From positions 1-17,685 of the forward strand of contig JACPCX010000038.1 of NCBI GenBank assembly GCA_016184305.1: a DNA stretch of 17,685 bases, read 5' to 3'. Position numbers and translations under genes: made by a program. This document shows, in pieces, positions 8,709-16,556 of this stretch; the stretch's first letter is position 1, and every line of letters begins with the position of its first letter. This DNA comes from Candidatus Rokuibacteriota bacterium. GTDB lineage: Bacteria; Methylomirabilota; Methylomirabilia; Rokubacteriales; CSP1-6. Under the pieces are notes generated by a model that was not told where the DNA came from, made no database searches, and saw nothing but the letters and a program-made list of their open reading frames with translations.

Positions 8709-8739
8709 CAGCCGCCGGGAAGAGGCCTCCCGGCGGCTG
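8709..8739. terminator. GC-rich intergenic hairpin (weak terminator or mRNA-stabilising stem)
   Basis: cagccgccggga-N7-tcccggcggctg, a 12-bp perfect stem; no U-tract. Confidence 0.4.
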
Positions 8740-8761
8740 GCTGCGACTGCTTCGACCGCTG

Positions 8762-8941
8762 CTACTCGAACTTCAGCTTGAGCACCCCCGGCGTGTAGGC
8801 GTGACGCACCTGCGTGTTGTCGAACACGGACACGCCGCAGGAGTATTCTTTCTTCAGATCGTTGAACTGTACATCGAACTGGCTGCCGGTTGAAAGCTTC
8901 CTCCAGAACACCGTCGTCCACACCCCGTCCTTCCAGGCCAT
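8762..8941 (-). pseudogene. C-terminal fragment of an ethylbenzene dehydrogenase gamma-like (EB_dh/DOMON heme-b) protein
   Basis: MAWKDGVWTTVFWRKLSTGSQFDVQFNDLKKEYSCGVSVFDNTQVRHAYTPGVLKLKFE* (59 aa). The WxDGxW..RKLxT..DVQF..FDN..H pattern was recognised from memory of the family; the N-terminal part is missing. Confidence 0.7.
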
Positions 8942-8951
8942 CTTGGCCAGA

Positions 8952-10892
8952 TCACATCCCGTGACGCATGCCCATCGGCTGGTTCAGCAGCACGATGCCC
9001 GCCACGGTGAATGCGAAGGAGAGCACGGCCATGGGCACAAGGGCGCGGCTGGCGGCTCGCGGATCGCCGTACACGCGGAGCGCCGTCCGCTGGCCCGCCA
9101 CCAGTGACAGCACGAAGAAGCCCGCGAGGATGCCCATCTGCAGGAGCCCGATCACCGCTTCCGAGGCCAGCGGCGCCTGCTTCCAGTCGGGGACGCCCAG
9201 CCACAGCGGGGTGTACAGCCCCACCGCCCGCTGCACCGCAGGCACGATGCCCCCGCCCTCGAGGAGCAGGTGGGCGAGGTTGTGGGCCAGGTGCAGGGCG
9301 AGTCCCACCGGGATGAACATGTAGCCGAAGGTGACGAAGGTGCGACGGGGCCCGAGCCCCTGCTGGCCTGCCAGCCGATCGGACAGCCGGGCGCCCCCGT
9401 ACACGACGGCGGGAATCGCCACCAGCGCCCCGACCAGGAGAATGCCCGTCTCGATCATTCCGAGATAGGTGACGGGCTTCAACGCGCCGCGCGCCCAGCC
9501 CGGCAGCCAGCGGGCCAACTGGGAGATCAGGCCCGGCCAGGCCGAGAGCATCTGCGCCGTCACCACCAGGGTGATGCCCACGAGGGCCACGGCCAGGTAC
9601 GACTCGTCGAGGAACCGCCGCCCCGACGCCCAGAGATCCTTGCCGAAGGCCCGGAAGCGCAGGGCCAGGTTGTCCCGCGAGCAGGCGTTGAGGCATTCGC
9701 CGCAGAGCGTGCAGTAGTTGTTGCGGTCGAGCGCCTGCGGAAACTCCAGCATCGGACAGCCGCGGCCGCCGGCGCCGCCCTGGTAGCACTCCTTGTCGCG
9801 GTGGGACCGGCACTGCAGCGCGTCCTTCGCTCGGAGCTCGACCGGCGCGGTCATGGAGTAGATCCCGATGAGCCCGCCAATCGGACAGAGGTACCGGCAA
9901 AAGCTCCGGCGCTCGAAGAAGAGGCCCACCGCCACCGCGAACACGGCGAAGAAGACGACGATCCACGCCGTCACCAGCGGCGAGCGCACCACGCCGAGCT
10001 GCTCGTCCGCCCAGGTGAGCAGGACGAACATCCCCGTGGCCCACCAGATATTGCGGAAGGGCTTCGGCAGCCGGCGGGCCGCCCTCGCCAGCCCCGAGGT
10101 CCACTCGTTGAGCGCGCCGAAGGGGCAACCCAGGCACCAGACGCGCCCGAGGAGCACGAAGGTGAAGATGATGCCGGCCCACCAGATCGTCCACGTGAGC
10201 TTGGTGGCGAGGTTGACGCCACCCTCCTGGACGTCGAAGAAGCCCAGGAAGACGATCACGCCCATGAGCAGGAGCAGCGGGACTTGCAGCGCCGGCTGGA
10301 ACAGGCGGGAGGTCAGGGTCCCGCGAAGCCACGGTGAGGCCAGGAGATCGACGGGCTCTCGCGAGGGCACACCGAGCCGCGCCCGCATCCCGACCAGGTA
10401 GAGCCCTGCCAGCGCGCCCCCTCCCAGCAGCGCCACCAGTGTCCACGCGGCCGCGCCCATGCCCGCCGCCCCCGAGACGGTGATAGGCAGATCCACCACC
10501 AGCCCAGGCTCGAAGCGTTGCCCCTCGAGGGAGGCGAGCACCACGCGCACGCGATGCTCGCCCATCCTGGAAGGGGTGACGGTGACGACGTAGCTGCCTG
10601 CCCACGTCACCTCGAGGGCCGGCCGCGGGTCCGGCGCTGCGCCATCGGCGCTGAGCCCGATCAGCACGGTCCCGCCGGAAACGGGATCGCCGGAGCCGCC
10701 GCGCCCGACCCTGGCCACCACCTGCCCCGGCTCTCCGAGCCGCAGCGGACCCGTCCCGCTCAGCAGCTCGATCTCGTACCCGGCCACCGTGGCGGTGGCC
10801 CCCAGCGGGACCGCCGAGCCATGCTCGCCATGGGCCGCGGCGAGGGCCGGCAGGAGCGTGACCAGCGCGGTCACCAGCACTCGGAGCATCAT
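8952..10892 (-). CDS. 4Fe-4S binding polytopic membrane protein (NapH/CcoG/RdxA-like) with N-terminal YtkA/FixH-like periplasmic domain
   Basis: True start ATG 10892/10889 (MMLRVLVTALV signal, AHGEHG); GRVWCLGCPFG, RSFCRYLCPIGG, GCPM...CTLCGECLNAC; many TM helices. Confidence 0.87.
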   Translation of the reverse strand: MMLRVLVTALVTLLPALAAAHGEHGSAVPLGATATVAGYEIELLSGTGPLRLGEPGQVVARVGRGGSGDPVSGGTVLIGLSADGAAPDPRPALEVTWAGSYVVTVTPSRMGEHRVRVVLASLEGQRFEPGLVVDLPITVSGAAGMGAAAWTLVALLGGGALAGLYLVGMRARLGVPSREPVDLLASPWLRGTLTSRLFQPALQVPLLLLMGVIVFLGFFDVQEGGVNLATKLTWTIWWAGIIFTFVLLGRVWCLGCPFGALNEWTSGLARAARRLPKPFRNIWWATGMFVLLTWADEQLGVVRSPLVTAWIVVFFAVFAVAVGLFFERRSFCRYLCPIGGLIGIYSMTAPVELRAKDALQCRSHRDKECYQGGAGGRGCPMLEFPQALDRNNYCTLCGECLNACSRDNLALRFRAFGKDLWASGRRFLDESYLAVALVGITLVVTAQMLSAWPGLISQLARWLPGWARGALKPVTYLGMIETGILLVGALVAIPAVVYGGARLSDRLAGQQGLGPRRTFVTFGYMFIPVGLALHLAHNLAHLLLEGGGIVPAVQRAVGLYTPLWLGVPDWKQAPLASEAVIGLLQMGILAGFFVLSLVAGQRTALRVYGDPRAASRALVPMAVLSFAFTVAGIVLLNQPMGMRHGM

Positions 10893-11368
10893 CGCCCGTA
10901 CTTGCGATCGATCTCGGCGCGGATGCGCGCCACGGAGTACCCCGCCTTCGCCAGTCGAGACGCGTCCAGCGCCTCGTCCATGCAGATGTCTCAGGTGGCG
11001 GCGTGGCCGTCGGTGTAGCACGACAGCAGGCTCTTGTGCCCCATGTGCTTGTCGCACTCGCAGTAGCAGTACAGCTGGTCGAGAATGCCGGGGATCTCGC
11101 GAGCGACCTGGTGCGCGACCCGCGCCTTGCCGACGAAGCGCGCCGGGTCCAGCGTCGGCCGCGTCTCCCGCCGCGCCACCCGCGCGACCGGAGCAGCCGC
11201 CGTCAGCGTCGGGGCCGGGCCGGTCGCCGTCGATTCACCCGTGCTCGCGCGCCACGCCACGGCTCCCGCCGCGCCGGCCAGCGCCACGGCGCCGATGATG
11301 ATCCAGAGCAGCGGACGCCGCGCTCCGCCTCGACGCCCTTCTGACCCAGAACGTTGGGTCCCAGCCAT
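10889..11368 (-). CDS. CYCxC/PCYCGC-family protein with probable selenocysteine (TGA 10991-10993, UDIC motif), 159 aa
   Basis: TM anchor, LYCYCECDKHMGHKSLLSCYTDGHAAT-TGA-DICMDEALDASRLAKAGYSVARIRAEIDRKYGR*. The family-like C-terminus continues in frame after the TGA, and the final TGA overlaps the next gene's ATG. RBS GGGAGG. Confidence 0.85.
10956..10976 (-). promoter_or_regulatory. Candidate bacterial SECIS element
   Basis: CGAGGCGC-UGGAC-GCGUCUCG: 8-bp stem (one G-U), 5-nt loop with G in position 2; 22 nt separate the UGA from the loop. Confidence 0.7.
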
Positions 11369-11412
11369 CGTGTCCTCCCACGCGGCTCATCCGGCCGCTC
11401 GCTGTGACTCCA

Positions 11413-11428
11413 CGCAACGTCTGTGCCA
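11413..11428 (-). promoter_or_regulatory. Sigma54 (-24/-12) promoter for the cytochrome operon
   Basis: Minus strand TGGCAC-AGACG-TTGCG matches TGGCAC-N5-TTGC, about 45 bp upstream of ATG 11368; a sigma54 activator is encoded divergently. Confidence 0.85.
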
Positions 11429-11590
11429 TTTCCAGGCGCTCGCTAACCATCTGGCACATAAGGCCTCAGTGGGCGAGCCCCGGCCGCCCGGCGCGGCGGC
11501 GGAGCCCCCCCTGGGGCGATGCCGCCCCAGGGGCGCAGCGGACTGGCCCCGAGGAGCCCATGGCGATGGGCCGAGACCCGCAGCGGTCTC

Positions 11591-11776
11591 ATGTCCTTAA
11601 CGAATGCTGCCAAGGAGTACCTCCCCGGCTTCACGGTGGAGACGGTACTGCCGTTCGCCGGCAGACGCATGCTCGCCTACCAGGCGGAGCTGAAAGGCCC
11701 CAAGGGAGAGGCGCGGACGCTCCACGTCAACCCGTGGGGGAACGTGATGCCCTTCCCGGGCCCCATGGGCCGCTGA
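11591..11776 (+). pseudogene. Possible remnant or small gene (PepSY-like C-terminal segment)
   Basis: MSLTNAAKEYLPGFTVETVLPFAGRRMLAYQAELKGPKGEARTLHVNPWGNVMPFPGPMGR* looks protein-like with GC3-biased codons, but has no clear N-terminus or signal. Confidence 0.4.
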
Positions 11777-11889
11777 AGGTTCGTCGAAGGCGGGGCGCCC
11801 GACGAGACCGCAGGGTAGCGCGGTCGACGCGGGCGCCCCCCGAGACGACCACTGATCCGCGAGTGATAGAATCCCGCGTTGAGGCCCTC

Positions 11890-13650
11890 ATGAAGCTCTC
11901 CTGGCTCCCCCGCTACTTCCTGGCTTCCCTCGCGCTCCTTCTGGTCCTCGTGGCGCTGCACACCGCCTGGGCCGCCCGCCGCACCCAGCGCGAGCTCCTC
12001 GCGCAGATGGAGGAGAAGGGCCTCGCGCTCGGCGAGGCGCTGGAGGCCTCGAGCCGCGCCGCGATCCGCGGCAACGCCCTGATGGAGGAGATGATCGCCC
12101 AGCGGCTCCTCGATAACGCGCGGCTCATCGATCAGCTCCTCTTCTCCCCGCGCTTTGACGCGGGGGACCTTCCGCGCATCGCGGCCATGAACCGCCTCCG
12201 GCGCGTGGACCTGCTCGACCCGCAGGGCGCCCCGTACCCCCTGGCCGCCCTGCGCCCGCCCATGGGCCGGCCGGGGGACATGGGCGCGATGATGCGCGGG
12301 ATGATGCCTCACCCGCCTGGCGCGGGAGGCCCCGCGGGGGAGCATCCGCCAATGCCCATGTACATGTGGGGACGCCGCTGGGGTGCCGGGGATGAGGACG
12401 CCCGCTCCGCCCCACCCGCCATCCAGGATCGCAAGTTCTGGGAGGGCAGCCTCTTCGGCGTGGCCGTCGGAGCCCGGGCCTTTTCCGGCATCATCGCCGT
12501 CCACGCCGACGCCGACTTCGTGCTGAACTTCAGAAAGGAGATCGGCGTCGACGCGCAGCTCCAGGAGCTGGCGCGCCGCTCCGGGATCGAGTCGGTGGCG
12601 CTCCTGGATCGGACCCTCACCGTGGTGGCGCACTCCGACCCGGCGCGGGTGGGCCGGCGCGAGGAGGACGCGGCGATCCGCGCCGCGCTCGACGGCGCCC
12701 GGACCTCGAGGCGCCTCGTCCGCGACGAGCATGGGGCGCAAGTCCTCGAGGTGCTCCACCCGGTGCTGGCGGCGGGAACACCCTCGGGGCTCCTGCGACT
12801 CCTGCTCTCCACGGAGCCCATGGAGCGCGCGTGGCTGCGCGACCGGAACGCGGGAATCCTCCTCGGCGCGGCTGTCCTGGCGCTCGGCACGATGGGTCTC
12901 GCGCTCATCTTCTACACACAGCACCGTCATCTGAAGGAAGTCCGGGCGCTCGAGGCAACCATGGACAGGCGGGAGCGGCTGGCGACGCTCGGCGACATGG
13001 CGGCGACGGTGGCACATGAGGTGAGGAACCCGCTGAACGCGATCTCCATGGGCCTCCAGCGGCTCGGCGCCGAGTTCCGGCACCCGGAGGACCAGGAATA
13101 CCCTCGCCTCGTCGGCCTCATGCAAGGCGAGGTGACGCGGCTCAACGGGATCGTGGAGGAGTTCCTCTCCCTCGCCCGTCCGCTCTCGCTCTCCGTGTCG
13201 CCCACCGAACCGGGCGATCTGCTTCGCAACGTGGCCGGGCTCGTGGAGGGTGAGGCAGCGCGCGCCAGCGTTCGGCTGGTCGTGAGCGTGCCGGATGGCG
13301 TTCCGGCACTCCAGGCGGATCGCGAGCGGCTCACCCAGGTCCTGCTCAACGTGGCGCTCAACGCCATCCAGGCCATGCCCGACGGCGGCACGCTCACCTT
13401 CCATGCTGCGGCCTCAGGGGGCACAGCCACCGTCACCGTCAGCGACACCGGCGCCGGCATCCCCGCCGACATCCTGCCGCGCATCTTCGAGCCCTACGTG
13501 ACGACCCGGGCGCGGGGGCTCGGCCTGGGGCTCGCCATCGCGCGGAGGATCGTGGAGGCGCATCGCGGCCGCATCGAGGCTGAGAGCGAGCCCGGCCGCG
13601 GAAGCCGTTTCATCATCAGGCTCCCGCTCGGCGGACCGGTCCGTGGCTGA
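11890..13650 (+). CDS. Sensor histidine kinase (ZraS/HydH/NtrB-like) with Met-rich periplasmic insert
   Basis: True start ATG 11890 (MKLSWLPRYF); two TM helices; H-box AHEVRNPL, N-box QVLLNVALNAIQAM, DTGAGI, GLGLGLAI. Confidence 0.93.
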   Translation: MKLSWLPRYFLASLALLLVLVALHTAWAARRTQRELLAQMEEKGLALGEALEASSRAAIRGNALMEEMIAQRLLDNARLIDQLLFSPRFDAGDLPRIAAMNRLRRVDLLDPQGAPYPLAALRPPMGRPGDMGAMMRGMMPHPPGAGGPAGEHPPMPMYMWGRRWGAGDEDARSAPPAIQDRKFWEGSLFGVAVGARAFSGIIAVHADADFVLNFRKEIGVDAQLQELARRSGIESVALLDRTLTVVAHSDPARVGRREEDAAIRAALDGARTSRRLVRDEHGAQVLEVLHPVLAAGTPSGLLRLLLSTEPMERAWLRDRNAGILLGAAVLALGTMGLALIFYTQHRHLKEVRALEATMDRRERLATLGDMAATVAHEVRNPLNAISMGLQRLGAEFRHPEDQEYPRLVGLMQGEVTRLNGIVEEFLSLARPLSLSVSPTEPGDLLRNVAGLVEGEAARASVRLVVSVPDGVPALQADRERLTQVLLNVALNAIQAMPDGGTLTFHAAASGGTATVTVSDTGAGIPADILPRIFEPYVTTRARGLGLGLAIARRIVEAHRGRIEAESEPGRGSRFIIRLPLGGPVRG

Positions 13651-15004
13651 GCCCTTCCGCATCCTCGTGGTGGACGACGAGCCCGCGCAGCGCGAGCTGG
13701 TCTCGGGCTTCCTCCGCAAGCGCGGTTTCGGCGTGGATGAGGCCGCCGGTGGACTGGCGGCGCTCGCGCGCTTCACCCAGGAGCCCTTCGATCTGGTCCT
13801 CACCGATCAGCGCATGCCCGATCTCTCCGGGCTCGACCTCCTCCAGCGCCTCCGGGCGGTGACGCCCGAGGCGGCGGTCATCGTCATGACGGCCTACGGG
13901 ACCATCGAGACGGCGGTGGGCGCCATCAAGGCGGGCGCCACCGATTATCTGAGCAAGCCGATCAACCTGGACGAGCTCCTCCACCGCATCGAGCGGGTGC
14001 GCGAGCGACAGCGCCTCCTCGGAGAGAATCTCGAGCTGCGCGCGGCGCTCGAGGAGCGGCACCGCGTCGAGGGGATCATCGGCGACAGCGGCCGGATGCA
14101 GGAGGTCCTCTCCCTGGTGAGACGGGTGGCTCCCAGCGACGCCACCGTCCTCATCCGCGGGGAGAGCGGCACCGGCAAGGAGCTCATCGCCCGCGCCATC
14201 CACCACGCGAGCCCGCGGGCCGGAGGTCCCCTGGTGGCCGTCAACTGCGCGGCGCTGCCCGAGGGCCTGCTCGAATCGGAGCTGTTCGGCCACGAGAAGG
14301 GCGCCTTCACGGGCGCCGCGGCCTCCCGCAAGGGGCGCTTCGAGCTGGCCGACGGCGGCAGCATCTTCCTCGACGAGATCGGCGACCTGCCGCTCCACCT
14401 CCAGGTGAAGCTGCTGCGCGTGCTCCAGGAGCGGCAGTTCGAGCGCGTGGGCGGCACCAGGACCATCCCCGTCAATGTCCGCGTGCTGGCCGCCACTCAC
14501 CGGAACCTGGAAGCCCTCGTGCGCGAGGGGCGCTTCCGCGACGACCTCTACTACCGCATCAACGTGGTGACGCTCCTCCTGCCGCCGCTCCGGGAGCGGC
14601 GCGAGGATCTGCCGCCGCTCATCGAACATTTCCTGACGCGCTTCGCCGGGAAGAACGGCAAGACGATCCGCGGTCTCACCCGCGAGGCGCGCGACGCCCT
14701 CCTCCGCTACGACTACCCCGGGAACGTGCGGGAGCTGGAGAATCTGATCGAGCGCGCCGTGGTGCTGACGCGCGACGAGGTAATCGGCAAGAGCGACCTG
14801 CCACTTTCCCTCGACGAGCAGGGGCCGGAGGGAGAGGCTCCCGCCGGGCTCGTGGCGGCCGTGGAGGGCCTCGAGCGCCGGATGATCCGCGACGCGCTGT
14901 CCCGCGCCGGCGGCGTCCAGACGCGCGCCGCCGAGCTCCTCGGCATCAGCGAGCGCGTGCTGCGCTACAAGCTCAGCAAGTACGGGCTGGCCGGCGATCG
15001 CTGA
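13643..15004 (+). CDS. Sigma54-dependent response regulator (ZraR/NtrC family)
   Basis: Receiver ILVVDDE..DQRMP, Walker A GESGTGKE, GAFTGA, FLDEIG, C-terminal HTH (RAAELLGISERVLRYKL). Confidence 0.96.
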   Translation: MAEPFRILVVDDEPAQRELVSGFLRKRGFGVDEAAGGLAALARFTQEPFDLVLTDQRMPDLSGLDLLQRLRAVTPEAAVIVMTAYGTIETAVGAIKAGATDYLSKPINLDELLHRIERVRERQRLLGENLELRAALEERHRVEGIIGDSGRMQEVLSLVRRVAPSDATVLIRGESGTGKELIARAIHHASPRAGGPLVAVNCAALPEGLLESELFGHEKGAFTGAAASRKGRFELADGGSIFLDEIGDLPLHLQVKLLRVLQERQFERVGGTRTIPVNVRVLAATHRNLEALVREGRFRDDLYYRINVVTLLLPPLRERREDLPPLIEHFLTRFAGKNGKTIRGLTREARDALLRYDYPGNVRELENLIERAVVLTRDEVIGKSDLPLSLDEQGPEGEAPAGLVAAVEGLERRMIRDALSRAGGVQTRAAELLGISERVLRYKLSKYGLAGDR

Positions 15005-15011
15005 CTCGGGA

Positions 15012-15039
15012 CCACGCTCGCCCGTGACACGGGGCGTGG
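15012..15039. terminator. Hairpin between convergent genes, possible bidirectional terminator
   Basis: ccacgc..cccgt-gac-acggg-gcgtgg imperfect stem; no U-tract. Confidence 0.3.
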
Positions 15040-15042
15040 GAA

Positions 15043-16488
15043 CTACCCCTTCACGTTGGCGATGGGCTTGAGCGAGACAACCTTGCGGGAGATGTCCAGG
15101 CGGTGGAGAACGTCCACCACCGCGTCGAGGTCCTTGTAGGCGAAGCCCGCCTCCTCCGCCACGCCGGACCTCGACGCCGCGCGCACCAGGATGCCGCGCG
15201 ACTCCATGTCCTTGAGCAGCGTCTCTCCCCGGACCCGCTTCTTCGCCTGAGCGCGCGACATGGTCCGTCCGGCGCCATGCGCGGTGGAGCCCCAGGTCTC
15301 CTCCATCGCATGCGCCGTGCCCACCAGGAGTGCGGACCCGGTCTCCATGGAGCCGCCGATGATCACCGGCTGGCCGATGTCGCGGTAGGCTTCGGGCACG
15401 TCCGGCGCGCCGGGGCCGAAGGCGCGCGTGGCGCCCTTCCGGTGCACGACCAGCTCGAGCCACTCCCCGCCGACGCGATGCCGCTCGACCTTGGCCGTGT
15501 TGTGGCAGACATCGTAGATCACCGAGAGCCCGAGGGCATGGGGGTCGCGGCCGAACATCTTGGCGAAGACCTCCCGGATGCGGTGGGTGATCAGCTGGCG
15601 ATTGGCGAAGGCGCTGTTGGCGGCAGCCGTCATGGCGGCGAAGTAGGCCTGCCCCTCTGGAGAGCGGAAGGGCGCGCAGGCCAGCTCACGGTCCGGCACC
15701 TTGATGCCGTGGCGAGGCATCACCTCGTCGAAGCGGCGGAGATAGTCCGTGGCGATCTGGTGGCCGAAGCCCCGCGAGCCGCAGTGGAGCATGACGAGCA
15801 CCTGCCCGGGCGCCTCGATGCCGAGCACCCTGGCGAGCCGCTCATCGTGGATGCCCTCGGGCGGCACCACCTGGATCTCGAGGTAATGGTTCCCCGAGCC
15901 GAGCGTGCCGAGCTGCTCCAGCCCACGCGAGACGGCGCGCTCGCTCACATGGGCCGCGTCGGCGCCCGGCAAACAGCCGCGCCCCTCGATGTGGTCCAGG
16001 TCCTCGGGCCAGCCGTAGCCCTCGGCCACGCACCACCCGGCCCCCTCCACCATGACCCGGCGGAAGGCCTTGTCGCTCAGGCGCAACAATCCCCTGGCGC
16101 CCACTCCCGACGGCACGGCACTGAACAGCGCGTCGATCAGCTCGCGGAGCCTGGGCCTCACCTCGGCCTCCGTGAGCCCGGTCCGCAGCACGCGCATGCC
16201 GCAGTTGATGTCGAAGCCGATGCCACCCGGGGAGATCACCCCGGTGTCGGCGCGGAAGGCCGCCACGCCCCCGATGGGGAAGCCATAGCCCCAGTGGCCA
16301 TCGGGCATGCAGAGGGCCGCCCGCACGATCCCCGGCAGACAGGCCACGTTGGTCACCTGCTCGAAGACGCCCTGGTCCATCTGGGCAAGCAAGGCCTCGG
16401 ACGCGTAGATCCGCGCGGGAACCCGCATGCCGGGTTTCTCCGTGAGCGGGATCTCCCAGATGCAGTCGCCGGCCGGTATCACCTTCAT
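15043..16488 (-). CDS. rtcB: RNA-splicing/repair ligase RtcB (long, archaeal-like type)
   Basis: MPDGHWGYGFPIGG, GFDINCG, GTLGSGNHYLEIQ, HCGSRG, HNTAK, HRKGAT, STAHGAGR, terminal NVKG. Confidence 0.96.
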   Translation of the reverse strand: MKVIPAGDCIWEIPLTEKPGMRVPARIYASEALLAQMDQGVFEQVTNVACLPGIVRAALCMPDGHWGYGFPIGGVAAFRADTGVISPGGIGFDINCGMRVLRTGLTEAEVRPRLRELIDALFSAVPSGVGARGLLRLSDKAFRRVMVEGAGWCVAEGYGWPEDLDHIEGRGCLPGADAAHVSERAVSRGLEQLGTLGSGNHYLEIQVVPPEGIHDERLARVLGIEAPGQVLVMLHCGSRGFGHQIATDYLRRFDEVMPRHGIKVPDRELACAPFRSPEGQAYFAAMTAAANSAFANRQLITHRIREVFAKMFGRDPHALGLSVIYDVCHNTAKVERHRVGGEWLELVVHRKGATRAFGPGAPDVPEAYRDIGQPVIIGGSMETGSALLVGTAHAMEETWGSTAHGAGRTMSRAQAKKRVRGETLLKDMESRGILVRAASRSGVAEEAGFAYKDLDAVVDVLHRLDISRKVVSLKPIANVKG

Positions 16489-16499
16489 CGCCCCCCCCG

Positions 16500-16549
16500 G
16501 GGGTCAGGTCTTGCAATCCAGCATTTGCGATAATGCAAGACCTGACCCC
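16500..16549. repeat. REP-like palindrome
   Basis: ggggtcaggtcttgca-N18-tgcaagacctgacccc, a perfect 16-bp inverted repeat with an AT-richer spacer. Confidence 0.85.
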
Positions 16550-16556
16550 ATCCGGC

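Noticed and set aside
2722..11057. Long N-terminal extensions of ORFs 1900..4002, 4657..5937, 6205..8280, 7485..8921 and 8952..11057
   Set aside because: They are off-frame read-ins across upstream genes; internal ATGs with signal peptides, RBS or ATGA overlaps mark the real starts.
11343..11360. Small hairpin gaccca-N6-tgggtc sharing CTGACCC with the REP-like element
   Set aside because: Only a 6-bp stem inside a coding region; could arise by chance.
11451..11468. Plus-strand sigma54 promoter (TGGCACATAAGGCCT)
   Set aside because: The -24 box is present but there is no TTGC/-12 element at the required spacing.
11404..11889. N-terminal extension of the histidine kinase in the ORF track
   Set aside because: Low-complexity Arg/Pro-rich sequence overlapping the promoter region; the TM-bearing start at 11890 fits better.
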